Part shown: one piece after another, positions 45,094 to 54,805 of the stretch
How the letters are laid out: every line of letters starts with the position of its first letter
Position numbering within the stretch: the stretch's first letter is position 1
DNA from: a bacterium
GTDB lineage: Bacteria > Patescibacteriota > Minisyncoccia > JAHIHE01 > JAGLIN01
NCBI GenBank assembly: GCA_030638825.1
Contig: DAOWDU010000053.1
Location: forward strand, 1-59,830
Length of the DNA: 59,830 nucleotides
Reading direction: 5' to 3'
Position numbers and translations under genes: made by a program
The notes under the pieces: generated by a model
Database searches by the model: none
What the model saw: only the letters and a program-made list of their open reading frames with translations
What the model was told of the DNA's origin: nothing

Positions 45094-45306
45094 CTGTCAA
45101 GTTTATTAATAATACTATTTTTTTTAACTGACGCAAATTCTATAAATTCCGTCAAGTAGCGGACTGAATTTATATAAATTGCGTCTGTTGATTGACTGAA
45201 TTTTGGTAAATCTATAAATTTAGCTAAATTTGTGTAGTCGCAATCCACAAATTAATGATAATTTATGGATTATAATTTGCAAATAAAAAAAGAGTGGCAA
45301 GCCGAG

Positions 45307-46113
45307 CTATACCACATCATTATTGTTATTTTTTCTTAGCAGTTTTAGTATTCCCCATATCAAAATATAAGACATAAAGGACATTGCTGCTGCTATTGCG
45401 CTCACTGTCATTACAGACAAAAAACCGCTTCCATAGCCTCCCACCGACGAAACAGACATCAAACCCACAACCACCATAGCTACAAAAACAATTGCAGCTA
45501 CAATAACTGGTAAACATTCTTTTGTTTTCAATTTCTCACCTCCTTTTTGTAAAGATTTTTGTCTTATCATTGTTATTATTGTCGTCATAACCAACAGCAC
45601 AACAACAATCACTATCCATTCTATCGCTAAATTGACAAAGTTAGCCAGTACGAACGATACTACCACAGTGAAGAAATAATCAATTGGCATAATCCAGACA
45701 AATATCCCTTTAAACGCAGGATATTTTTTCTCCATAAAAGTATGAAGTCCGTATTCATTTTGATACGGATTGACAATGTGCCACATGAAATCCTCAAAAG
45801 TGGATAACAGGATTAGCAAGCTGAACAAAAACACAGCTAAAGTTCCAAATAGTTCTATAGGGACTTCAATCCCATAAATTTTCAGAATAAATATGCAAGC
45901 TGTAATTGTAAACGCTACAAGTGTTATTGTATACGATACAAGTCCAGTATGATATCCTGTTAATTCTTTTGGAAACCAGCTCACTGTTTTCCTCCAACAA
46001 GGTAAGGCCGCTGCCCACGGATGCCTTCCTTCCATCTGTGCTTCCTTATATGCCAGAGCTATAACTACAAGCCCTAACATAATTCCTGTAACAATTGCTC
46101 CTATCAAAAACAT
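45307..46113 (-). CDS. Hypothetical polytopic membrane protein
   Basis: Long ORF with multiple hydrophobic helices; no recognisable motif. Confidence 0.65.
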   Translation of the reverse strand: MFLIGAIVTGIMLGLVVIALAYKEAQMEGRHPWAAALPCWRKTVSWFPKELTGYHTGLVSYTITLVAFTITACIFILKIYGIEVPIELFGTLAVFLFSLLILLSTFEDFMWHIVNPYQNEYGLHTFMEKKYPAFKGIFVWIMPIDYFFTVVVSFVLANFVNLAIEWIVIVVVLLVMTTIITMIRQKSLQKGGEKLKTKECLPVIVAAIVFVAMVVVGLMSVSSVGGYGSGFLSVMTVSAIAAAMSFMSYILIWGILKLLRKNNNNDVV

Positions 46114-46185
46114 TATTAAACACCTCCATGTCTAACTTCGCATTATACTCCGATTCTTATCTTTGTCAATCCCACCACTCAACCC

Positions 46186-46218
46186 AAAAAATCCAGTTCA
46201 ACAAAACTGGATTTTTTT
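46186..46218. terminator. Bidirectional intrinsic terminator
   Basis: AAAAAATCCAGTT-caacaa-AACTGGATTTTTT. Confidence 0.75.
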
Positions 46219-46239
46219 ATATTTATCTAAGCTATAATT

Positions 46240-46989
46240 TTATTTCTCATCCTTCTCCTCCGTTTTTTTCAGAACAAAAGAAATAAACTGCTCTTTTTTA
46301 TTTTCTTCATCATCTCCAAATATTACAGAGCTTTCAACTTCTAATTCATTATCTTCAAAAAACTTCTTCCATTCATCTTCACTACGCAAATTAAATTTTG
46401 ACACTTTCAAATTCAACAATATATTTTTACTGTGAGCTATAATTCCCTCTGTTTTTTCCTCTTGTAATATTTCATCTACAAGCACTATCCTACCGTTATC
46501 TTTAATCATTTCCCTCATTTGTTCTAAAATTTCATTTTGCTGATCGTCATCTAATTCCTGAAATGTAAAATATGCCGTAGCCATTTCAACCGACTTATCC
46601 TTAATCGGCATATTCTCTCCATCTCCAAAAACAGAATCCATTTTTTCTCCTTCATTTGATTTGGAAACTTTTTTTGAAGCATAATCAGATAAATCTATTC
46701 CAACTGTTTTTATTTCTTTGTCAGGATTAGACTTTATCAATTCTTGCATCATATGTCCCTTGCCTCCTCCAACATCCACTATTCTTATTTTTTCTTCATC
46801 GCTAAATTCTTCTACAACATCTTCTACTCCCGATCTCTTAATCATCAACTCCGCTCTATCTTTAAGCCAATTTTGAACTGGTTCTATTTCACTAACTTCA
46901 TGAGCTACTTTATCTTTCATTGATCTCGGATCGGGATGTCTATCTTTCGCCGACTCAAACATCTCTCTTGATCCATCTCCAAATTTCAT
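46240..46989 (-). CDS. Class I SAM-dependent methyltransferase
   Basis: Motif I: RIVDVGGGKGHMMQEL; GIDLS. Confidence 0.8.
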   Translation of the reverse strand: MKFGDGSREMFESAKDRHPDPRSMKDKVAHEVSEIEPVQNWLKDRAELMIKRSGVEDVVEEFSDEEKIRIVDVGGGKGHMMQELIKSNPDKEIKTVGIDLSDYASKKVSKSNEGEKMDSVFGDGENMPIKDKSVEMATAYFTFQELDDDQQNEILEQMREMIKDNGRIVLVDEILQEEKTEGIIAHSKNILLNLKVSKFNLRSEDEWKKFFEDNELEVESSVIFGDDEENKKEQFISFVLKKTEEKDEK

Positions 46990-47065
46990 ATTTTTAAAAT
47001 TACTTAATTAATCTATTTTCATTATAATACACCATCCCAAAAAATCAAATTGCTATGCTATGCAT

Positions 47066-47097
47066 AACAATTTAACAATTTAGCAATTTAGCAATTT
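47066..47097. repeat. Octanucleotide tandem array, 4 x A[AG]CAATTT
   Basis: aacaatttaacaatttagcaatttagcaattt, abutting the flippase stop codon. Confidence 0.9.
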
Positions 47098-48514
47098 ATT
47101 TTTTCATCAACTTCCCAATTTCCTCCTTAGAAATCCCTCCAATAAGATAAATCGCGGGAAGATAAACGACAACGCCTATTATTGCTAAGAAGATAATATT
47201 TAAATAACTAAAATAATTTAAAACTAAAGCCATTAAGAAAGACGCCAGGAAAGCTTTGAGTAAAATTTTAAAAGATGGAATAAAATTTATTGTTTTGTAG
47301 ATTACATAGATCATTAAGCTTGTTACCAAAAGCTCCGTCGCGACTGTTGTCGCCGCCGCGCCGAAGTAGGAATATTTGGGGATAAAAATAAGATTAGTGA
47401 TAATATTAAAAATCATTCCGACGAAATAAATTTGCGCTAAACGTTTTTGCTGGTTAGCGGCGATAATCATATTACTAAAAAGCGCGCCGAGAAAGATAAA
47501 GCCAAGCGCGATTATTAAAATATTTAAAACCAGCGGCGAATCGGCGAATCCTTTTTCCGTGAATAATCCAATAATCTTATCAGAAGTCATTATCGCGCCA
47601 AAAGCAATCGGCAGAAAAGCGATGATCAAAAAATCCAAAGTTCGCTGGACCACTGATTTAAATTTATTTCTATCTGTAAAAATATATTTGCTCATAATCG
47701 GCATTGTCAGCCCGACAATCATTGCTGGGAAAAAGATTAGGTTTTCCAGAATTTTATATGACAATCCATAAACGCCAACCGCCTCGCTATCTTTCATTAC
47801 AGAAAGAAAAATCGTGTCCAATTTGAAATAGATTAAAACTATAATTGCCGAGATTGCCAAGGGATAAGATTGAATTAACAATTTTTTCCAGAACTTAAAA
47901 TCAAACGATAATTTTATCCGGACATATTTAGAAGCAAAACGCAAAATTAAAACAAAACTTACTATTGAGCCAAGAAATACTGAAGAGATAATATATAAAA
48001 AACCAAAATCATAAGCAATAAAATACCAAACAAAAAACAGCTGGACAACTCGCCCCGCCACTTCAACAATAGCGACTTTATCCATTGCCAAATGTTTTTG
48101 AAAGAGCCCCATTAAAACCTGAATATTGGAGAGCATCCAAAATCCCGCCGCCGCGACAGCAATTCCATATTGAACATTATTTGAATACGGAAACAATAAA
48201 GAAACAAAATAAGCGACACCCAAAATAAAAAACCCCGCTGTAAGACGCAGAGTAAAAGCGTTATTGACAATTTTTTTCTCATCCGCGCCTTCGCGGGAAA
48301 TTTCTCGGACCACAATGGAATAAAGCCCCAAGTCGGCAAGAACGGAAAAAATATAAATGAAAGTCACCACAATTATATAATCACCAAACCCGCTCTCGCC
48401 AAGATAGCCGATGATTAACTTGATAATCAGAAAAGCGATTGCCACTTCAACAACACGAGCCATTGCAGAGAAAGAAGCATTATAAGCGATTTTTTGGGTA
48501 AGATTTAACTTCAT
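47096..48514 (-). CDS. Polysaccharide flippase (MOP/Wzx-like)
   Basis: About 12-14 TM helices with a typical Wzx N-terminus (IAYNASFSAMARVVEVAIAFLI). Start set at ATG 48514, which overlaps the ATPase stop (ATGA). Confidence 0.8.
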   Translation of the reverse strand: MKLNLTQKIAYNASFSAMARVVEVAIAFLIIKLIIGYLGESGFGDYIIVVTFIYIFSVLADLGLYSIVVREISREGADEKKIVNNAFTLRLTAGFFILGVAYFVSLLFPYSNNVQYGIAVAAAGFWMLSNIQVLMGLFQKHLAMDKVAIVEVAGRVVQLFFVWYFIAYDFGFLYIISSVFLGSIVSFVLILRFASKYVRIKLSFDFKFWKKLLIQSYPLAISAIIVLIYFKLDTIFLSVMKDSEAVGVYGLSYKILENLIFFPAMIVGLTMPIMSKYIFTDRNKFKSVVQRTLDFLIIAFLPIAFGAIMTSDKIIGLFTEKGFADSPLVLNILIIALGFIFLGALFSNMIIAANQQKRLAQIYFVGMIFNIITNLIFIPKYSYFGAAATTVATELLVTSLMIYVIYKTINFIPSFKILLKAFLASFLMALVLNYFSYLNIIFLAIIGVVVYLPAIYLIGGISKEEIGKLMKK

Positions 48515-49644
48515 AAATTTACAAACTCCCAATAATTCTCTTTATTAATTATTTCAAACTCTGAATTATTGTAAGTGTTTAAAAATTCCTGAGGAATCTT
48601 TTTTTTGTCCGCATTCCATTTGAATTCAAAAGCGAATAATTTGCCGTCTCGTTCTTCAATATAATCAATTTCCTTTTGATCATAAGTCCGCCAGAAATAA
48701 TAGTTCGCAAAAATATTATTATTACTATTTCGTTTTATTCTTTCTATAATGCAAAAGTTTTCCCAAAGAGCGCCGAGGTCATTTCTAATTCCCAATTGAT
48801 TAAAATTCTGAATTAAACTATTTCTAATTCCCAAATCATAAAAATAAATTTTTACAGACTTAGAAATTTCTTTGCGCAAATTACGACCAAACGAACGCAA
48901 AGTGAAAATAACAAATGACTGTTCTAATAAATCAAGATATTTTTGGATTGTTAATCTATCAACTCCTAACTGCCTTGCCAATTCGTTATAAGAAACTTCA
49001 TTCCCTAATTGCAACGCCAAAAGTTGTAAAAGATTAACGATAATGCTTGATTTTTTTATTCCCTCAAAAGAAAGAACATCTTTGTATAAATAATTAGAAG
49101 ATATTTCGTCTAATCTATTTCGCGCATCGTCATCGGATAAAAAGAAAACTTCGGGATAAAAACCGAAGCGCAAGATATTTTCTATTTTTGCCTCTATTTC
49201 AAAACGACTGTTTTGTTGTTTAACTTCTGAAATTGAAAACGGATAAAGCGTAAAAGTCCAAGTTCTGCCCGTAAGTGGTTCGTTTATTTTATTTGCTAAG
49301 TCAAAAGAAGAAGATCCCGTAGCGATAATTTGAATGTCAGGATAGGTGTCAATTAAAATTTTAAGAATCAGTCCGATATTAGTAATTTTTTGCGCTTCGT
49401 CTAAAATCACTAATTTATTATCGCCAAGGTAACTTTTTAATTTTTCCGCTTCAGGAGTAGACAAACCTTGCTGAACAGACAATAATTCGCAATTTAAATA
49501 AAGTTTTTTATCTCTATATCTTTCAAGGATTCGTTTAACAAGCGTAGTTTTTCCAACTTGTCTCGCGCCATAAATAACAATAACTTTGCCTTTAAAAAGC
49601 CGTTTTTCTATCTGCGACTGAATTGAACGAGGTAAATATGACAT
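48511..49644 (-). CDS. AAA+ ATPase with DUF4143 domain
   Basis: GARQVGKTTL, LVILDEAQ, YFWRTYDQKEIDYIEE. Close paralog of 43891-45027. Confidence 0.9.
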   Translation of the reverse strand: MSYLPRSIQSQIEKRLFKGKVIVIYGARQVGKTTLVKRILERYRDKKLYLNCELLSVQQGLSTPEAEKLKSYLGDNKLVILDEAQKITNIGLILKILIDTYPDIQIIATGSSSFDLANKINEPLTGRTWTFTLYPFSISEVKQQNSRFEIEAKIENILRFGFYPEVFFLSDDDARNRLDEISSNYLYKDVLSFEGIKKSSIIVNLLQLLALQLGNEVSYNELARQLGVDRLTIQKYLDLLEQSFVIFTLRSFGRNLRKEISKSVKIYFYDLGIRNSLIQNFNQLGIRNDLGALWENFCIIERIKRNSNNNIFANYYFWRTYDQKEIDYIEERDGKLFAFEFKWNADKKKIPQEFLNTYNNSEFEIINKENYWEFVNL

Positions 49645-49781
49645 CCTAATAACAAATTTAATAGAAATAATATGATTACATTCATAATATTATACTAAAT
49701 TCTGATATTTGTCAATACTAATAATCAATAATCACATCCCTTAATATATAACATTTCAATTAGTTTCTACAAATTTCCGTT

Positions 49782-50285
49782 CTACTCTTCCACATACTTA
49801 ATAATCACCTTCCTCATCAAATCATCTCCCACGCTTTCTGTGGTTAAATTTTCACGGGAAGATATTTCTATGTGAACTATTTTTCTTTCATAAGCAGACA
49901 TCGGTCTCAGCGCGACTGAATTTTTATTATAGATAACTTGATTCGCAATCGTGTCAGCAAGTTTGACTATTGACTCTCTTTTCTGCTTTTTATAATCATT
50001 AACATCAATATTAAATCTTATTTCGTTGTTTTCATTTTCATCGCTATTTTTTTCCAATGCTTTTTTCCTAACCACAATACCCGCCAAATGTTGAAAAGCT
50101 TGTAAATTTGACCCATATTGTCCGATCAAAAGATTCGGATCGTCTGTCATTAAATTAATTATGTACACCTCCCGCCCCTCTCCGACATCTTCAATTCTTT
50201 CCTCCTCTATATTCGCCTCTAAACCCATAATATTTAGAAGCTCAACAACTGTTTCCTTGACAAGTTTATTGTTTTCTTCATTCAT
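49782..50285 (-). CDS. jag: Jag/KhpB-type RNA-binding protein (KH + R3H)
   Basis: Position next to yidC; C-terminal R3H-like RPMSAYERKIVHIEIS. Confidence 0.85.
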   Translation of the reverse strand: MNEENNKLVKETVVELLNIMGLEANIEEERIEDVGEGREVYIINLMTDDPNLLIGQYGSNLQAFQHLAGIVVRKKALEKNSDENENNEIRFNIDVNDYKKQKRESIVKLADTIANQVIYNKNSVALRPMSAYERKIVHIEISSRENLTTESVGDDLMRKVIIKYVEE

Positions 50286-50425
50286 AGAATTATATTGTTA
50301 AATGGAAATTAATTGAAACTCGTAGAAATTAAATTGTTATTTTCTAAGGACAATTAATTTCAAATAGTTTCTATCAATTTCCATAAATTTCTACATCATT
50401 ACGCTATTTATAATAATAGAACAAT

Positions 50426-51217
50426 TTATTTTACAACTTCCACTTCCTGTTCTTGGTCTTGATTCTTTTTTTTCCTCATTATAATACGCTGCTGGACAAT
50501 GGCAAATAGCGTTGTTACTGCCCAATATAACGCCAGTCCGGAAGGGAAACTCATTGCGAAAACAAAAGTTAGCACGGGCATTATGTAAATCATCTGTTTC
50601 GTCATTGATTGAGCAAAGTCTTGAGTTTTTTCTTCCGCTGTTTTTTCTTTATTTTCTTCTTCATTCTTATCTCCGTCTTCTTTGTTTTTCTTTTGCCCCA
50701 TCAGCATTTTTGTCTGGAAATATTGCAAACTCGCCGCAATTAAGGCTAAACAAAGATTAGTTTCAGATAAATTAATAATACCAAATGAAATTGGATTTAA
50801 ATATCCAGGATTGCTGACAAAAGGATATAAAATCGCCAAACTTTCTTCTTTGAAGCCATTGATAAAAACATGATAAAGAGCGATTAAAACAGGGAATTGG
50901 ACTAATAAAGGAACACAACCAGAAAAAGGATTTACTTTGCGTCTTTGATATAATGCCATCAATTCTTTGGCTTGTTTTTCTTTATCTTCTTTGTATTTTT
51001 TCTGAATCGCTTTCATCTCTGGCTGAATGGCCTGCATCGCCCGCTGACTTTTAATAGATTTGCTATTCATTGGATATAACACAAATCGGACCAGCAAAGT
51101 TACCATGATAATCGCCACTCCAATATCCTGCCCCGGAATTACATTATAAAAAAACACCATTAAATTAAAAAGCGGATAGTAGAGTATTTCATTGTAGATG
51201 AAAGATAAAGGGTTCAT
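50426..51217 (-). CDS. yidC: Membrane protein insertase YidC
   Basis: LLVRFVLYPMNSKSIKSQRAMQAIQPEMKAIQKKYK, NPFSGCVPLLVQFPVLIALY, GLALYWAVTTLFAIVQQ. Confidence 0.95.
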   Translation of the reverse strand: MNPLSFIYNEILYYPLFNLMVFFYNVIPGQDIGVAIIMVTLLVRFVLYPMNSKSIKSQRAMQAIQPEMKAIQKKYKEDKEKQAKELMALYQRRKVNPFSGCVPLLVQFPVLIALYHVFINGFKEESLAILYPFVSNPGYLNPISFGIINLSETNLCLALIAASLQYFQTKMLMGQKKNKEDGDKNEEENKEKTAEEKTQDFAQSMTKQMIYIMPVLTFVFAMSFPSGLALYWAVTTLFAIVQQRIIMRKKKNQDQEQEVEVVK

Positions 51218-51249
51218 TTTGTTTTAATTTTTAGTTTTTAATAAATGAG

Positions 51250-51334
51250 GGTTCCATAGTCCCGTTAGGGCTGTGGAACCTAGAATGAAAGGTTCGCATA
51301 TGCGGTGCCACAGCTCTGCGGAGACTATGGCACC
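51250..51334. repeat. Pair of related 31-nt palindromic elements in opposite orientation
   Basis: ggttccatagtcccgttagggctgtggaacc (51250-51280) and ggtgccacagctctgcggagactatggcacc (51304-51334). The second resembles the reverse complement of the first. Confidence 0.7.
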
Positions 51335-51341
51335 GTCGTTT

Positions 51342-51584
51342 TTATTTCAATAAATCAAAGCCTCCTTTAGAAAAAGGATGACATCTAAAAATTCGTTTTA
51401 TTCCTAAAAAAATGCCTCTTCTAACGCCATATTTCTCTATTGCCTGATACGCGTATTCACTGCAGGTTGGGTAAAATCGGCATCCTAAATAAAAAGATTT
51501 ATTTAAAAAAGAAAAGAAACCATGATCGCAGGACAAGGTTTTTTGGTAAAGCTTGATTGATTTTAGAATAAATATTTTTAACAT
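51342..51584 (-). CDS. yidD: Membrane protein insertion efficiency factor YidD
   Basis: [19 protein letters not shown]...[14 protein letters not shown] 51584 is preferred over the TTG at 51605. Confidence 0.9.
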   Translation of the reverse strand: MLKIFILKSIKLYQKTLSCDHGFFSFLNKSFYLGCRFYPTCSEYAYQAIEKYGVRRGIFLGIKRIFRCHPFSKGGFDLLK

Positions 51585-51610
51585 TTTATTTCTACGCAAT
51601 GACAATCTTT

Positions 51611-51961
51611 TTATTCTTTTTTCACCACTAATCCAGACCTTTTCAACAGGTTTTCCACAACTATATCAACATCATCAAAACTTTTTTTAACCTCTTTTCC
51701 TCTAAAAATAAAAACAACATCAAAGCCTGGTTTTATTTCATTCCACCGCAATCTTATTGTTTCCCTTAGCAATCGCTTTATTCTATTTCGCTCCACCGCT
51801 TTTTTGGAGATTTTATTACTAACGATAAAACCAAATCTGGATATTTCTAAATCATTCTCAACAGTTTTTAACGCCAAAAACCTCTCAGAAAAATACGCTC
51901 CCTTTTTAAAAATATTATCAAACTCCTTCTGTTTCCTTATTCTAAGTTCTTTCTTAAGCAT
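51611..51961 (-). CDS. rnpA: RNase P protein component
   Basis: Position between rpmH and yidD; basic protein with [26 protein letters not shown]. Confidence 0.9.
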   Translation of the reverse strand: MLKKELRIRKQKEFDNIFKKGAYFSERFLALKTVENDLEISRFGFIVSNKISKKAVERNRIKRLLRETIRLRWNEIKPGFDVVFIFRGKEVKKSFDDVDIVVENLLKRSGLVVKKE

Positions 51962-51973
51962 AGTTTTATTAAT

Positions 51974-52114
51974 CTGTCATTGCGAGAAGCCCGAATGAGC
52001 GTAGCGAAGAGATGGCAACGAAGCAATCCCAGAATTAAATTCATTGTGCATAGTTATGGGATTGCTTCGTCGGCATTTCGTTCGCTGCGCTCCTCAGCCT
52101 TCTCGCAATGACAG
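51974..52114. repeat. 141-nt imperfect palindrome (MITE/REP-like) between rnpA and rpmH
   Basis: Perfect 16-nt termini ctgtcattgcgagaag (51974-51989) and cttctcgcaatgacag (52099-52114). The inner arms are partly complementary (gcaacgaagcaatccc / gggattgcttcgtcggc). Confidence 0.85.
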
Positions 52115-52139
52115 TTTGTAATCTAAAAGCTAAAACAAC

Positions 52140-52274
52140 TTAGACAGTCAAACTCTTCCGTCCCTTCTTTCTCCGCGCGGCTAAAACATTCCTCCCGCAG
52201 GGAGTTTGCATCCGAGCTTTAAACCCATGCGTTCGCGCCCTCTTTTTCTTTTTCGGCTGATATGTTCTTTTCAT
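52140..52274 (-). CDS. rpmH: 50S ribosomal protein L34
   Basis: Own translation: [44 protein letters not shown]. At 44 aa it is below the ORF-track cutoff. Confidence 0.95.
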   Translation of the reverse strand: MKRTYQPKKKKRARTHGFKARMQTPCGRNVLAARRKKGRKSLTV

Positions 52275-52431
52275 TATTATAAATAATCTATTTAAGCTAT
52301 GAGTAGTATAATATGGTTTTTAAAGTCCGTCAATGGGAAAAAGAAAAATTAACAAAAAAGGTGTCGAAAAAAGGTTGACAACTTTCAATTAGTGAAATAT
52401 ATTAGATTTAGTTTAAGGAGGTTCAAATAAA

Positions 52432-52941
52432 ATGAAACCAGTAGCATATGTTGCCAGTCCATTAGGCTTTTCTGAGGCAGGAAAACTGTTTTATGATACA
52501 GTCCTTATACCTCTAATAGCCGAGATTGGATTTGAAATTCGTGACCCATGGACTTTAACTCCAAGAGAATTTATAGATCCAGTTCAAGCACTCCCATATG
52601 GAGAAGAAAAAAGAAAAAGATGGACCGGACTTAACCTCGTCATAGGAAGCAACAACAGGAAAGCAATAGAAGAATCCGACATCATTGTCGCAGTACTTGA
52701 TGGCACTGATGTTGATAGCGGCACAGCTGCAGAAATAGGTTATGGTTCCGCTTTAGGGAAAACTATCGTTGGTTATCGAGGTGATTTTCGTCCAGGAGGA
52801 GAAAATGAGGGAAGCATAGTAAATTTACAGGTTGAGTATTTTATTTACCTGAACAATGGAGAAATTGTAACGGATTTAGAATCTCTAAAAATAGCCCTCG
52901 CCAAATATGAAAACCGCTTCTCTAGAAAACTAGAGGACTAG
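52432..52941 (+). CDS. Nucleoside 2-deoxyribosyltransferase-family protein
   Basis: VAYVASPLGFSEAG, VAVLDGTDVDSGTAAEIGYG. Strong SD (aaggagg) and a TTGACA-N17-TATATT promoter upstream. Confidence 0.8.
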   Translation: MKPVAYVASPLGFSEAGKLFYDTVLIPLIAEIGFEIRDPWTLTPREFIDPVQALPYGEEKRKRWTGLNLVIGSNNRKAIEESDIIVAVLDGTDVDSGTAAEIGYGSALGKTIVGYRGDFRPGGENEGSIVNLQVEYFIYLNNGEIVTDLESLKIALAKYENRFSRKLED

Positions 52942-52957
52942 CATAAATCAATTTTCC

Positions 52958-52987
52958 AAAAGTCATCGTTTGATGACTCTTTTTTTA
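52958..52987 (+). terminator. Intrinsic terminator
   Basis: AGTCATC-GTTT-GATGACT followed by CTTTTTTT. Confidence 0.75.
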
Positions 52988-52994
52988 TCCCCTC

Positions 52995-53075
52995 TCATCC
53001 ACATTTCATCCACACCTTATAAACACCCCTCTTTATTTTAAGCCATTTTCTTTATCCAAACAACTGTGATATAAT
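52995..53075 (+). promoter_or_regulatory. DnaA-box cluster and dnaA promoter
   Basis: TCATCCACA at 52995-53003 and 53006-53014 (each one mismatch to TTATCCACA, 11 bp apart). TTATCCAAA at 53052-53060. TG-a-TATAAT at 53067-53075. Confidence 0.6.
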
Positions 53076-53170
53076 ATAAATATTGTGATTAATGGTAATT
53101 AATTGTAATTATTAAATTACAATTTAATTACAACCAGTTACTATAAATTACTATTTATTACCGTAACACC

Positions 53171-54535
53171 ATGACCAACGAACAACTTTGGCAAGCCGTT
53201 ATGGGAGAAGTTGAACTCTCCATAAGCAAAGCGAGTTTTACTACTTGGTTTAAAGACACAAGCATTATTTCTGTTGATCAAGAAAAAATTATAGTTGGTG
53301 TTCCGAGCGGATTCGCGGAAGAGTGGCTTAAAAATAAATATCACAAATTCATTTTAAAAGCGTTTCAAAAGATTTGTCCTCAGATTGAAAAAGTTACTTA
53401 TAAAATTGTCGGCAATTTTAAACCGCCCAAAAATGGCGCGCTTTCAGATTTAAAACAGGAGACATCTTCTTATAAAGATTTCGCGAGCAATCAAGAAGAA
53501 GAACTCCCCGACGATGATTTAAACCCAAGATATACCTTTGACAATTTCGTTGTCGCTTCCAACAATGAACTTGCTCACGCCGCTTGTTCCGCTGTCAGTA
53601 AAAACCCTGGCGTTGTTTATAACCCATTATTTATTTATGGCGGAGTTGGACTTGGGAAAACTCATCTCCTTCAATCAATAGGCAATGAGTTATTAAGGAA
53701 AGATCCGAAGAAAAAAATTAAATACGCTTCGTCAGAAAAATTCACGAATGAATTAATAAGCGCTATCGGCGGAAAAAATACAAAAGGCTTTAAAGACCTT
53801 TATCGAAAAATAGATGTCTTAATTATTGATGATATCCAATTTTTAGCTGGCAAAGAAAAAACTCAGGAAGAATTTTTCTACACCTTCAACGCGCTTTACG
53901 AAAAAAACAAACAGGTCGTAATTTCCAGCGACCGGCCTCCCAAGGCTATTCCCGCGCTGGAAGAAAGGCTAAGATCGCGATTTGAAGGAGGAATGATTGC
54001 TGATATTGGATTTCCAGAATACGAGACGCGCTTAGCCATTTTAATAGCAAAAATAAAAGAGCGGAATTTTGAAATGCCAGAAGAGTCTTTAAATTATATC
54101 GCCCTGCATATTCAAAAAAATATCAGAGAGCTTGAAGGAGCGCTGAACACAATTATGGCGACCTGCGAACTTAAAAACGATTACCCAGATTTAGACAGAA
54201 CAAAAGAGATTTTATCGCAAATAATTTCCCAGCCCATAAAAAAAGCGACCACGCCAAAAGATATTTTAAAACACACTTCTTCTTTTTACGGAGTTGCTCT
54301 TGACGATTTAAAAAGCAGGAGTAGAAAAAACGAAATTGTAAAACCGCGGCAGATTGCGATGTATTTAATGCGCAGTGAAATTAAAAGTTCTTTTCCTTCA
54401 ATCGGAAGCTGGCTTGGCGGACGCGATCACACTACTGCCATGCACGCCTATGATAAAATATCAAAGGAAATAGAAAATGACAAAACAATAGAACAGGAAA
54501 TACGATTGATAATTGAAAAAATTTATAATGCATAA
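53171..54535 (+). CDS. dnaA: Chromosomal replication initiator DnaA
   Basis: LFIYGGVGLGKTHL, LIIDDIQFLAGKEKTQEEFF, C-terminal domain IV (RPRQIAMYLMR...GGRDHTT). Confidence 0.97.
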   Translation: MTNEQLWQAVMGEVELSISKASFTTWFKDTSIISVDQEKIIVGVPSGFAEEWLKNKYHKFILKAFQKICPQIEKVTYKIVGNFKPPKNGALSDLKQETSSYKDFASNQEEELPDDDLNPRYTFDNFVVASNNELAHAACSAVSKNPGVVYNPLFIYGGVGLGKTHLLQSIGNELLRKDPKKKIKYASSEKFTNELISAIGGKNTKGFKDLYRKIDVLIIDDIQFLAGKEKTQEEFFYTFNALYEKNKQVVISSDRPPKAIPALEERLRSRFEGGMIADIGFPEYETRLAILIAKIKERNFEMPEESLNYIALHIQKNIRELEGALNTIMATCELKNDYPDLDRTKEILSQIISQPIKKATTPKDILKHTSSFYGVALDDLKSRSRKNEIVKPRQIAMYLMRSEIKSSFPSIGSWLGGRDHTTAMHAYDKISKEIENDKTIEQEIRLIIEKIYNA

Positions 54536-54805
54536 CTTGTTAACAATCCTCTCTAAAACCTGTTGATAATATTGGGATAAAAATGGGCAATAAAAATCAT
54601 TATTTAAATCTCCAAAATTATCCAACTTTTATTAACAATTTTTCAACACACTTAATAACAACCTAGATAAGTAAATTTTAGTTTTTATTAAAATGAAATT
54701 CATACTTTTCCACTTAAAAAAATTTCTCTATAACAACTACTATTTTAAATAAATAATAAAATAATTATCATTGTAAATATATCTAATTAATTTAAAAAAA
54801 TAAAT
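54536..54805. other. AT-rich dnaA-dnaN spacer, alternative/partial oriC candidate
   Basis: Degenerate boxes TGTTGATAA (54561-54569), TTGGGATAA (54572-54580) and TTATCCAAC (54618-54626), plus a long A/T-rich tract from 54640 to 54805. Confidence 0.45.

Noticed and set aside
45057-45248. 63-aa ORF in the 45.0-45.3 kb gap
   Set aside because: It has no SD and no motif. The region is dominated by inverted repeats (gacgcaaattctataaatt / aatttatataaattgcgtc), so it is more likely non-coding.
53141-53344. Minus-strand ORF overlapping the dnaA start
   Set aside because: It is antisense to dnaA and its leader and has no support.
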